Source of the DNA: a virus
Length of the DNA stretch: 64,000 bases
Strand: one strand, 5' to 3'
Virus record (IMG/VR): IMGVR_UViG_3300020156_000005
Span: 1-64,000 of that record
Shown: positions 15,367 to 23,348 of the stretch, piece by piece
Layout of the letters: every line of letters begins with the position of its first letter
Position numbering within the stretch: the stretch's first letter is position 1
Notes under the pieces: model-generated
The model's database searches: none
Seen by the model: the letters and a program-made list of their open reading frames with translations, nothing else
Told to the model about the DNA's origin: nothing
Translations under genes and position numbers: made by a program

Positions 15367-15696
15367 ATGATCTTCATTGAGGCAAGTATTATCGACACCG
15401 AGCTGACCAATCAGAAGCCGGGCGTTACTTATCGCGAAGGCCGAATCGGCGACAGTCGCCGAAGGATTGCCGATACCCCGGCTAACATAGAGCGCGGCTT
15501 TACTCCGCACATCGAGCGCATCAGTCGTTCAACCGAGATTTTCTCCGTCAAGGTATCCGGTGAACACCTGAACGATACTATCGACAAGGCGATCCTGGTT
15601 CTGGAGGGAATGAAGAACCCGGACGTGATCACAACGACTGCGGTTTCTGCGAACCCGAATCGTGATCCCTTGCAGGACCATCTTCGCAAATCGTGA
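15367..15696 (+). CDS. hypothetical protein (109 aa)
   Basis: Track ORF. The ATG is embedded in GTATGA, coupling it to an upstream micro-ORF. Confidence 0.5.
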   Translation: MIFIEASIIDTELTNQKPGVTYREGRIGDSRRRIADTPANIERGFTPHIERISRSTEIFSVKVSGEHLNDTIDKAILVLEGMKNPDVITTTAVSANPNRDPLQDHLRKS

Positions 15697-15792
15697 GCCG
15701 ATTCATTTTCAAGCTGCGATATCGGATAGCTTGTCGATTGTTTACCATCGGAAACAATCTGGTCATCGCAGCAAGAAGGGTCCATCCAGACT

Positions 15793-16584
15793 ATGACCGA
15801 TGACCACGGCTGGCCGGAAATCTATCCGCGAGAACATAGCAACCTGATCTCCAAAGAAGAGCAGGAGAAGTACCCGTGGATTTTCAAGTGTGGAGCAAAG
15901 GGTTGCCACTGGACTACCGCTCACCAGACAAAAGAAAAAGCACAAGCTACTAAAGAAAAGCATACTTGCGGACAGGAGTTGCGGCAGATGCCACGGTCTA
16001 ATGGAGAAGATCTCCATACGGGATACCAAGGAAAGTCGATTGTTGAACGAATCTGGGAACACCTTGACGAGGCAACCAAAGTCGTCATGGAGTCGGTCGC
16101 AGACAAGAAGGCGGGTACCCCCTTCGATGAGGACAAGGAGAAGGCATTCAACGAGGCTCGCGGTAACGCGCGAGGACTTGCCATTGCTATCTTTGAGTAT
16201 GCGCACGGCACCGGATTCTTCGATAGCTCGACTGATGTGGCGACTTTGGCTGTCGCTCGGTACAAGGCAAAGGTCAAGGGCGAGGAACCTCCTCAAACAC
16301 CCGGCCTTAACGGGTTCAACCCGCACCTCGATGCGGAGCGAAACCGTATCCGCACGCGGGAGAAGGCGGAAAGCGCTCAACGCACGAGCGCTCCGGCGGA
16401 CACCGTAAGTTCTACCTCCGGCCCGGAGATCAAGAACAAGCGAGGCAAGGCATTGTCTGAGACGGACATCGAGGCAATCAAGAAGGGGCTCGGTGCCAAC
16501 CTTCCGCATGCATCGCTGGCCAACGTGTACAAGATCACGGAGGATCAGGTCAAACAGATTGCCGATCTGATCGCGTCAAGTTAG
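15793..16584 (+). CDS. hypothetical protein (263 aa), possible C-terminal HTH
   Basis: Track ORF. CGAKGCHW..HTCG Cys/His cluster. The C-terminal LSETDIEAIKKGLGANLPHASLANVYKITEDQVKQI looks like a helix-turn-helix. Confidence 0.6.
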   Translation: MTDDHGWPEIYPREHSNLISKEEQEKYPWIFKCGAKGCHWTTAHQTKEKAQATKEKHTCGQELRQMPRSNGEDLHTGYQGKSIVERIWEHLDEATKVVMESVADKKAGTPFDEDKEKAFNEARGNARGLAIAIFEYAHGTGFFDSSTDVATLAVARYKAKVKGEEPPQTPGLNGFNPHLDAERNRIRTREKAESAQRTSAPADTVSSTSGPEIKNKRGKALSETDIEAIKKGLGANLPHASLANVYKITEDQVKQIADLIASS

Positions 16585-16587
16585 CGC

Positions 16588-16616
16588 TTGACAAATTGCC
16601 CGTGGTCTAGTACTAT
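16588..16616 (+). promoter_or_regulatory. sigma-70/SigA-like promoter
   Basis: TTGACA (16588-16593), 17-nt spacer, TACTAT (16611-16616). The -10 lies inside a CTAGTACTAT motif. Confidence 0.5.
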
Positions 16617-16636
16617 GGATAGGAGAGCGTAACCGG

Positions 16637-16999
16637 ATGGCTAGCGACCCGTGCATGTTTTGCGGCGACCAGCCCTGTACATGCGCAGGCAAGAAGAAGT
16701 CCGGTCTCACGCGCAAACCTCTGAGCAAGAAGGAGCCGGTAGAAAAGCCGAAGGCCGAGGTTAAACCTCGGCCCAAGCCTCGGCCTAAACCGGCTCCCTC
16801 TAAGCTCTCACGGGAGCGCTCAATAGACCCAGACTTGGAGCAGTTCCTACGAACGCTCGACTACTTGGATATGCTACACCCCGATGAGAAGGCAAAGTAT
16901 GCCGCTCACCTTAAAATTAATCCCACAACTGGCAAACTCGTTAGAGAAGATGAGAGAGGGGGTGAAGATGGTGCTGGAAATGCACCAGGAGAGCATTAG
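16637..16999 (+). CDS. Lys/Pro-rich basic protein with N-terminal CxxC-x3-CxC motif
   Basis: Track ORF downstream of TTGACA-17-TACTAT. CMFCGDQPCTC followed by a KPRPKPRPKP linker. Confidence 0.5.
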   Translation: MASDPCMFCGDQPCTCAGKKKSGLTRKPLSKKEPVEKPKAEVKPRPKPRPKPAPSKLSRERSIDPDLEQFLRTLDYLDMLHPDEKAKYAAHLKINPTTGKLVREDERGGEDGAGNAPGEH

Positions 17000-17696
17000 A
17001 GAAGGCAGGCTTTCCATGGCTGCCATGCTTGTTGGATATGAAAGTTCCGATGTTCGGCATTTTCATAGAAACAATGGCGAGATGCTGTTCGAAGATGAGA
17101 CCACCAAAAAAATGGGCGCACGGGTTGCCTGGCGAACCTTTCCTAGCGACTCCACACACAGTGGCTTCCGGGAGGCTGGCAATAACTTTGGTGGCGTAGG
17201 TATTGCCACCGATAAGCCTAACTTTCTAGACTTCAAGAAATGGTCGAATGATCACTACGAGATGATGAGCCGCAATATCGACTCGATGCTCTTGGCGTGG
17301 CATGATCCAGTCTTGATGTGGGTGCCCATTGTTCCGAGCCAAGACATTTGGATATCGGCAATGAGTGCAACCGATGAAGATAGATATTTGAGTGACACTC
17401 GGGAATTCATCATTGATACTCCGATAAGTAACATTAATAGGGATGAGTATGGATGGAGCGTAGGCGCTCTTGATTTCCCATTCTCCTTGTTTATGATTCG
17501 ATCCCAAATCATTTCCTGGTGGCAGGCGTACCGCGATGATCCGTGCAAGTTCTATAATCACTGCCACGTGTGTAAAGAAGAAGCGGAACACAAGCAAGGT
17601 TTTGCAGATAAGTGGGCGATCTCATTCACAGGCAAGTGCAATACTTGCGAGACTGTAGAGGCGAGTTTATCGGCAGCAATCCCGGATTCCTGGTAA
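16968..17696 (+). CDS. hypothetical protein (242 aa)
   Basis: Track ORF 16884..17696 trimmed to ATG 16968 after GAGGGGG. C-terminal CHVC...CNTC motifs. Confidence 0.55.
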   Translation: MVLEMHQESIREGRLSMAAMLVGYESSDVRHFHRNNGEMLFEDETTKKMGARVAWRTFPSDSTHSGFREAGNNFGGVGIATDKPNFLDFKKWSNDHYEMMSRNIDSMLLAWHDPVLMWVPIVPSQDIWISAMSATDEDRYLSDTREFIIDTPISNINRDEYGWSVGALDFPFSLFMIRSQIISWWQAYRDDPCKFYNHCHVCKEEAEHKQGFADKWAISFTGKCNTCETVEASLSAAIPDSW

Positions 17697-17705
17697 GGAG
17701 AAATC

Positions 17706-17921
17706 ATGAAGGCAGCAAGGTCTGACATCGACTACCGGTGCAGTGGTTGCGGTAAGTTCACGGACCGGGAACTACTAACGGTACGCAAAGTTTCGTTCAT
17801 GGAGATGGGCGAAAAGGCTAAGACTCTTCGGGCACGAACTGAGCATTGGCTGTGCCCGGACTGTGTAAAGAAAGATCCAGTATATAACCTTCCCCAAGGT
17901 TATTCACCCGGAAGGGATTAA
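17706..17921 (+). CDS. zinc-ribbon protein (71 aa)
   Basis: AAGGAG upstream. CSGCGKF ... CPDC motifs. Confidence 0.5.
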   Translation: MKAARSDIDYRCSGCGKFTDRELLTVRKVSFMEMGEKAKTLRARTEHWLCPDCVKKDPVYNLPQGYSPGRD

Positions 17922-17923
17922 GA

Positions 17924-18502
17924 GTGGGACCCAGAGGCGCGCGACGCAAGACTCCATTTGGCAAGTGGAGTGAGACCTGTCGAGTCAACTTGGACATTGA
18001 GGCGGGCCTGCGTGCTGCAATATACATTGTCCCCGAAGAGATGAAAGAACAAAGGTTGATCGGTGAACCGGGACCGGACGTGTTCTTGGGTTTCACATCC
18101 CCTCGAGATGGGGTGAACATTAACCTTAGCAAACTGACCCACGATGAGCTAACGGCTCTCAAAGAAGTAACAGACATGGCCTTCGCAAATGCTCAGCAGG
18201 TCGTACTTCAGAGAGATGCGAACGCAAAGGAGGCATTACAGAATGGCGACGACTCTTACGTCCGCATCTATCGAAGAGTTCCGGAAATCATTATCCGTGA
18301 AGGGGAGAAGTTCAAACACTATCCGCTCGTACGTCGCGGACTTGACTGGTCTACTCGAGTGGCTTCAAAGTACAACACCAGACTTTTCAAGTTTCGAGGA
18401 ACTGACGAGCCTGTATTTGAACTCCATCCGCACGAAGTCAAGCCCGGCGACGACCAGCAGGAAGATAGCGACGTTTCGCAGTTTCGCCAAGTACCACGGT
18501 GA
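17924..18502 (+). CDS. hypothetical protein whose 3' 260 nt overlap the integrase gene out of frame
   Basis: Track ORF with a GTG start just after the previous stop. The first ~105 codons look coding. The remainder overlaps the recombinase N-terminal domain, so its true extent is unclear. Confidence 0.4.
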   Translation: MGPRGARRKTPFGKWSETCRVNLDIEAGLRAAIYIVPEEMKEQRLIGEPGPDVFLGFTSPRDGVNINLSKLTHDELTALKEVTDMAFANAQQVVLQRDANAKEALQNGDDSYVRIYRRVPEIIIREGEKFKHYPLVRRGLDWSTRVASKYNTRLFKFRGTDEPVFELHPHEVKPGDDQQEDSDVSQFRQVPR

Positions 18503-19064
18503 AGCTATTCTAACTGAATACTCGGCACCGAAGCCGGGCAAGCGTTATCCGCATCCCCTTCCCGAAGGGATCAATGCGGTGGACCGGATGTTGGATCGAG
18601 CGAGCACCGACGAAGAACGAGCAATCGTTGTTCTGTGCGGTCTTCTCTCGCTCCGCATTTCCGAGGCAAGGGAGGTTCGTCCCAGTCACTTTGATCTGAG
18701 TGTGCCGGGAAATCCCGTACTGAAGGTGCGAGGCAAGGGCGATAAGACTCGAACGATTCCGGTAGCACCAAGAGCATGGTCTATCCTTCAGCCGATCTAC
18801 GTGTCATCATTGCTCCACGACCTGAAGTTCGTCCTGTTGTCCGACAGCGGGGCACGTAGGGCCTGGAAACGGCTAGGCAGGCTGGCGGAATTGGGGCGTC
18901 CCACCTCGAGCCACGACGGCCGAGCAACGGTCGCCACTCACATGGCGAAGAACGGTGTGGACATCCGAACCATTCAAGAGATCCTTGGGCACTCTTCTCT
19001 GGAGACCACGCAGGTGTACGTTGGCGTGTCCATGGGCGATATGAAGAGAGCGTTGGATATCTAA
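18243..19064 (+). CDS. int: tyrosine recombinase / integrase (XerC/D-like)
   Basis: ATG 18243 follows AGGAGG. SAM-like N-domain (NTIRSYVADLTGLLEWL). Catalytic R (LRISEAR), HxxR (HDGRAT) and LGHSSLETTQVY (His and Tyr). Confidence 0.85.
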   Translation: MATTLTSASIEEFRKSLSVKGRSSNTIRSYVADLTGLLEWLQSTTPDFSSFEELTSLYLNSIRTKSSPATTSRKIATFRSFAKYHGEAILTEYSAPKPGKRYPHPLPEGINAVDRMLDRASTDEERAIVVLCGLLSLRISEAREVRPSHFDLSVPGNPVLKVRGKGDKTRTIPVAPRAWSILQPIYVSSLLHDLKFVLLSDSGARRAWKRLGRLAELGRPTSSHDGRATVATHMAKNGVDIRTIQEILGHSSLETTQVYVGVSMGDMKRALDI

Positions 19065-19228
19065 TGGAAGACCTGGAGAAGCTGAGACAAGAATACCGCC
19101 AAGCGGAAATCTGCTGGCAGTTCAGTTGTCAAGAGTTGTTGTGCGGGGCGCTCAATTCGGCAGCTGAAGATTACATCAAAGCTCTCGAGGCCGAAGTCAA
19201 AAAGCTAAACGAGGATGCGGCGCAGTAA
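19064..19228 (+). CDS. small hypothetical protein (54 aa)
   Basis: Not in the track. TAATG overlap with the integrase stop. Reads MEDLEKLRQEYRQAEICWQFSCQELL... Confidence 0.4.
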   Translation: MEDLEKLRQEYRQAEICWQFSCQELLCGALNSAAEDYIKALEAEVKKLNEDAAQ

Positions 19229-19248
19229 AAGACCCACAGGAGGTAAAC

Positions 19249-19611
19249 ATGGCAAAAGTAACTTTACCCAACGGCATCGTGATCGAGGCCGACCAGGTGC
19301 ACGTAGAGGAAGACGGCACCGTGACCCTTCAGGATATCAAGACCGAGACGTATCGAAACAGTACGCCGGTCGCCGAGTCTGTCAAGCCGATCACCGCAAA
19401 CGAGGCGATTAAGAGCATCGTTAACAGCCTCTCTCGCAAGCAGTGGGAGACTTACATGGCACTCAAGGAAATGGGCGGGACGGTCAGTGTTACCGCACTT
19501 GCTGGCGCTCTTGATATCGACAATCACGTAGCAGGCGGTCGGGCAAGGTGGCTCGTTAAGCAGGGAGTTGCCGAGTGCGTCGAGCGTGGAAAGTATAGGG
19601 CTCTGGGCTGA
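19249..19611 (+). CDS. winged-helix DNA-binding-like protein (120 aa)
   Basis: AGGAGG upstream. The C-terminal half ALKEMGGTVSVTALAGALDID...ARWLVKQGVAECVERGKY resembles a MarR/wHTH fold. Confidence 0.55.
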   Translation: MAKVTLPNGIVIEADQVHVEEDGTVTLQDIKTETYRNSTPVAESVKPITANEAIKSIVNSLSRKQWETYMALKEMGGTVSVTALAGALDIDNHVAGGRARWLVKQGVAECVERGKYRALG

Positions 19612-19736
19612 TGGCAAAGAAGAAGCCTCAGCCCCGGTGCCCATCCTGCGGTGCATTCTGTAAGCCGATGTGGCTAAAGGATGGGCTCGGTACTGATCCC
19701 AATTGGCAGTGTAAAAACTGCGGCGATAAAACTTAG
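19611..19736 (+). CDS. small zinc-ribbon protein (41 aa)
   Basis: Not in the track. TGATG-type overlap. CPSCGAFC ... CKNC motifs. Confidence 0.4.
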   Translation: MAKKKPQPRCPSCGAFCKPMWLKDGLGTDPNWQCKNCGDKT

Positions 19737-19751
19737 ATAGGAGAGACCCAC

Positions 19752-20336
19752 ATGATGCAACCTTCGATTTGTAACTCTTGTGGTCAGCCCGTCATTTGGG
19801 TGACCCGTAAAGACAATGGCCGGTGGAGCCGACCTCTTGACTCGTTCTCTGCCATCAATGGCTTCGTCGTGGTAGACGGAGAAGTACATGTTGGTACGAT
19901 CTATCAACCACACTCTTGCTCGCCGAACGATGTAAACCGGTTGATCAATCAGAAGCGCATGGAAGATGCGGCGCAGGCTGATCTGAACCCGGAACATGTT
20001 CCTTCCGTGTACTCTCGCACCGACATCATGACCATGCGGGACGACGCCAAGGCGCTGGTTGATAAAGAGTTCGACGCTATAGAAGCTGAGTTCGGAGTCA
20101 AGCAGGATCAGCGTTGGATGAATCCCGAAACGGTTCGACGACGCCTTGAGGTGCAGCGTGATAGGCACCAGGAAGTCGCCGATGCGCGACGCTGCCCGTA
20201 CTGCAAAGCCAAAAGGGGTGAGCGGTGCTGGAATGTGACCAAGAAGCTCAAGGGCGAAGATGTTCACGCGATGAACCCGCACCAGGAGCGCGACCCGGAA
20301 CGTGACAAAACCTTGGACAGGAAGTCGCCTTTCTAA
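19752..20336 (+). CDS. hypothetical protein with two zinc-finger-like motifs
   Basis: GATAGGAGA upstream. N-terminal CNSCGQPVIW and C-terminal CPYCKAKRGERC motifs. The antisense 222-aa ORF is treated as a shadow. Confidence 0.6.
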   Translation: MMQPSICNSCGQPVIWVTRKDNGRWSRPLDSFSAINGFVVVDGEVHVGTIYQPHSCSPNDVNRLINQKRMEDAAQADLNPEHVPSVYSRTDIMTMRDDAKALVDKEFDAIEAEFGVKQDQRWMNPETVRRRLEVQRDRHQEVADARRCPYCKAKRGERCWNVTKKLKGEDVHAMNPHQERDPERDKTLDRKSPF

Positions 20337-20659
20337 TGGCAACGAGTAAAGCAGGGAAACCGCTTGAGGGCCGGGTAATCGTCCCGGTCTTCGAGCAGAA
20401 GGATATCCTAGCTTCTCTCCCGTGGGTGGCGTCGCTTCCGCACGGTTATCCGCATATCTGCGAAGGCTATACCTGGGGAAGCAAGAAACCTTGCAAGGGT
20501 AAAGCTCGCTGGATATACGTTTACGAAAACAAAGAAGTCGCTTATCTATGCAGCGTCCATGCTGATAAGCTCGGCGTCCACAAGGAAGGGGCAGAGGTAC
20601 TTAGGTATTACAGATGGCTCAAGAAGCATTATCAGGATATTGAACAGCTGAATAAGTAG
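20336..20659 (+). CDS. hypothetical protein (107 aa)
   Basis: Track ORF with TAATG overlap. Confidence 0.55.
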   Translation: MATSKAGKPLEGRVIVPVFEQKDILASLPWVASLPHGYPHICEGYTWGSKKPCKGKARWIYVYENKEVAYLCSVHADKLGVHKEGAEVLRYYRWLKKHYQDIEQLNK

Positions 20660-20666
20660 GTGGTAA

Positions 20667-21353
20667 TTGTCCAAGTACATAACGGGATTCTGCGGTAACG
20701 GGTTTTGCGAAGGCACCAAGCCTAAGTCGCCCAGCGGCAAGCCCATCAAGGTCTGTTCGTTCGTTGACGTATGCAACTGTGATTGCCACAAGAAAATCTC
20801 GAGCATGTTCGAGATGACAAACACTGAGCGTATCGTTATGCAGAATCCTGACTATGTGCCTTATGATTCAGGCATCATGGATTTCTTGGCAACGATGCAG
20901 GACATCTCAGCAGATGTACTCGACAGCGCCAAGAAATCACTGGCGGAAGAGAAGCCCGTCGTCACTGTTGACGGCTCGATTATGACCGGCTTGGCTCGAT
21001 CTGGTAGAAACTTCGAGCCGACCAAACGTGGTCGAGCAGCCGGTCAACTAGAGGACGAGGTACGTGATATTTGCAACAGATTCTTGCAACGGGAGTTCCC
21101 CGAGCAGGAAATCTGTACCCCCAAGTTCATTGCATACAAGATCGCTGAAGAGTCGGGTGAGGTCAAGACTCCTTCGGTTGGAGCGATCGGTGCTGTATTT
21201 GATCGTTGGGCAAAAATTGGATTCGCGACGATAGACAAGAATCCAGTTCGTTTTACAACCTTCACTGTGGCTGGATTGACCCGAGGACTTGAAGCCCTCA
21301 AAGAGGAAGCCAAGGCCAATGGTCCCACCCGAAGGGCGCGTCTATCAAGGTAG
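20667..21353 (+). CDS. hypothetical protein with Cys-rich N-terminus (228 aa)
   Basis: TTG start after AGGTGG. FCGNGFCEG...CSFVDVCNCDCH cluster. Confidence 0.55.
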   Translation: MSKYITGFCGNGFCEGTKPKSPSGKPIKVCSFVDVCNCDCHKKISSMFEMTNTERIVMQNPDYVPYDSGIMDFLATMQDISADVLDSAKKSLAEEKPVVTVDGSIMTGLARSGRNFEPTKRGRAAGQLEDEVRDICNRFLQREFPEQEICTPKFIAYKIAEESGEVKTPSVGAIGAVFDRWAKIGFATIDKNPVRFTTFTVAGLTRGLEALKEEAKANGPTRRARLSR

Positions 21354-21488
21354 TACTAGACAGTGTGGCAAGTCTCTGGTATCCTGTAGTTGCTGTTCCT
21401 ACTGGAATGGCATGCCTCCTGTGGGTCAGGATGCAGACAGGGGCCGGAGACTTGCCACTCCGGCCCCTGTTCCTATGTTGAGGTAAGA

Positions 21489-21839
21489 ATGCCCCCGGAA
21501 ATCCCTGACCTACGCGACGACATGCATAAGACTTACCTGCAATTGCCGGTCAAGAGCTTCATGTATACCCCGGATCAGATTGCAACTATGCTCGCGATCA
21601 CGGAAAGACACCTAAGCAGGCATCTCCTGTACTACGTGGGCCGAATGAAGCGACCCAAGACCCAGGAAGACTTGGTGGCATTTAACATCGCCCGAGTCAA
21701 TGAAGATCCTATCTGGCGTATCCCCGAGGAAGAACTTCTACGCTGGCTTAAATGGAAGCGTATCCGGGTTGAAGCGCCACGCAAGCTAAAGGGCGGCTCG
21801 GCAACACCCCGATCCAAGACCGTTCCACGCGCCCGATAA
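21489..21839 (+). CDS. HTH DNA-binding protein (excisionase/MerR-like)
   Basis: Track ORF trimmed to ATG 21489 after GAGG. YTPDQIATMLAITERHLSRHLL resembles an HTH_17-type motif. Confidence 0.55.
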   Translation: MPPEIPDLRDDMHKTYLQLPVKSFMYTPDQIATMLAITERHLSRHLLYYVGRMKRPKTQEDLVAFNIARVNEDPIWRIPEEELLRWLKWKRIRVEAPRKLKGGSATPRSKTVPRAR

Positions 21840-21860
21840 TATTTTGCTGGCCCCACTGAG

Positions 21861-21890
21861 TTGACATGTTGCGATACGTTGCGATACGTT
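21861..21890 (+). promoter_or_regulatory. promoter-like element with a tandem decamer
   Basis: TTGACA (21861-21866), 18-nt spacer, TACGTT. The spacer and -10 are formed by gttgcgatac repeated 2.4 times. Confidence 0.4.
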
Positions 21891-21915
21891 GATCTCACCG
21901 AAACGGAGGCAACCA

Positions 21916-22608
21916 ATGGAACTCGAAGAGTTCACTAAACCAATCGACTTGAAGATAAACCATAAACAAGCAACGTTCGACTTGTCAGATGAATCGCATC
22001 CCTATCACCTAGAATCCAGCTTCAGCGCAATCATTATCGCAGGCGTCAAGCAGCGGTTGATGTGGCCGCCTTATGATTCTGATCCGAACGCTCGCCGCTC
22101 TCCACTCTGCAAGTCCAACGATAACGTTACCGGTTATCCGCAGCGAGACTTTCCGTGGGAAGATGAGAGAGCCAAAGTAGTTGAGCCGAAGATGAGTGGT
22201 CGGTTAAGTTGTTCAGAGTGCGAGTTCAAGGATGATCCGCAGCACTGGAAGAATCAAGGCAAACCAGTCTGCGAGTCGGGATACAAGCTCGTCCTGCTAG
22301 ACGCCGAGGATCGGCTGATCATCTTCAACGCAATGAACATGGCCGCTAAGCGAGTGATTGCACACTACGGTGAGTGGTTCAAGAATAACAAACTCCCAAC
22401 CTTCTGCTACGTTACCAAGTTCGAGCTGCACGGTGTGAAGAAGTCCGCCAATCGCTACGCCGACCTTGAGTTGACTAAACAAGAGCAGACTAACCGGAAC
22501 CTCTGGGTTCCCAAATATCTTCCACTTCATGACGAGTGGAAAGCGGTACTCGAAGTACCGCCGAGTCCGATCGGTGGTCGTCAGACTGTCGATCTTCCCG
22601 TGCTCTAA
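21916..22608 (+). CDS. hypothetical protein (230 aa)
   Basis: Track ORF trimmed to ATG 21916, 6 nt after GGAGG. Downstream of a TTGACA promoter-like box and immediately upstream of the SSB-like gene. Confidence 0.6.
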   Translation: MELEEFTKPIDLKINHKQATFDLSDESHPYHLESSFSAIIIAGVKQRLMWPPYDSDPNARRSPLCKSNDNVTGYPQRDFPWEDERAKVVEPKMSGRLSCSECEFKDDPQHWKNQGKPVCESGYKLVLLDAEDRLIIFNAMNMAAKRVIAHYGEWFKNNKLPTFCYVTKFELHGVKKSANRYADLELTKQEQTNRNLWVPKYLPLHDEWKAVLEVPPSPIGGRQTVDLPVL

Positions 22609-22653
22609 TTTGAACACGGTCAACAGAAACAAGAAACAAGAAACAGAGGCACA

Positions 22654-23256
22654 ATGTCTTTCGATCTCGAAGAGTACGTCCCCGAAACCGTGGGCGAGGG
22701 CGATAAGCTCAAGCCCTCCGATGTGGTTGATCATCCGCTGATCATCCGCGTTCTGGATTTCAAGCAGAACTTGACGACCAAGTTCAGCCCGAACGGTGAC
22801 GGTCAAGCCGTTGTCGTGGACGTATTCGACATGTCGGACGAGACCACGCACCTTGGTGTGATGTGGTTCAACGCCGCCATTCGCGACAACCTGATGAACA
22901 AAGTCGGCAAGAGCATGGCCGTGAAGCTGGTTTATCAGGAGGCAAAGAAGGGCGGCAATAAGTACATCGTGCCGTCCGGCCTGGAAGGTGCAGACCTCGA
23001 TGCAGCTAAGGCTTGGGCAAAGGCCAAGCCGCGTCTGTTCGAGGAGGCTCGGGAAGAGCGGGAGATGGGCGAGTACCAGTCTTCCACTCCGAATCCGGGT
23101 GAGCAGCAGTCGGCATTCAAGGTCGAGAAGGAAGAGTCGAAACCGGCTGCCTCCTCTTCGGCGCGGATGCCGGGATCGGCTAGCAAGCCCGCTCAGACAC
23201 CGGCACCGACCGAACTTCCCGATGCCACGGACGACAATGAAGAGCCTCCGTTCTGA
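22654..23256 (+). CDS. ssDNA-binding-protein-like protein with SSB-type acidic C-terminal tip
   Basis: C-terminus ...ATDDNEEPPF mimics the bacterial SSB tip (DDDIPF / DDEPPF type). The preceding linker is Pro/Ala/Ser-rich. The OB fold was not verified. Confidence 0.55.
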   Translation: MSFDLEEYVPETVGEGDKLKPSDVVDHPLIIRVLDFKQNLTTKFSPNGDGQAVVVDVFDMSDETTHLGVMWFNAAIRDNLMNKVGKSMAVKLVYQEAKKGGNKYIVPSGLEGADLDAAKAWAKAKPRLFEEAREEREMGEYQSSTPNPGEQQSAFKVEKEESKPAASSSARMPGSASKPAQTPAPTELPDATDDNEEPPF

Positions 23257-23348
23257 GTCTTCAGTAAGTTCGGCCCACAGGTAACATGATAGACGGAGCC
23301 GGTACCCAGCGTACCGGCTCCGTCTTCTTGAAGAAAGGATTAGGTTAT

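Noticed and set aside
14401-15370. HicA toxin partner for the HicB-like gene
   Set aside because: No neighbouring ORF shows the HicA pattern (a small basic protein of the dsRBD type with a conserved His). The flanking ORFs have unrelated sequences.
15763-16509. 248-aa - strand ORF opposite 15793..16584
   Set aside because: It is on the opposite strand to every neighbouring gene, has a Arg/Leu/Ser-rich shadow composition and has no RBS.
19674-20342. 222-aa - strand ORF opposite 19752..20336
   Set aside because: The + frame has a strong RBS (GATAGGAGA) and two recognisable zinc-finger motifs, and it fits the same-strand operon. The - frame has neither.
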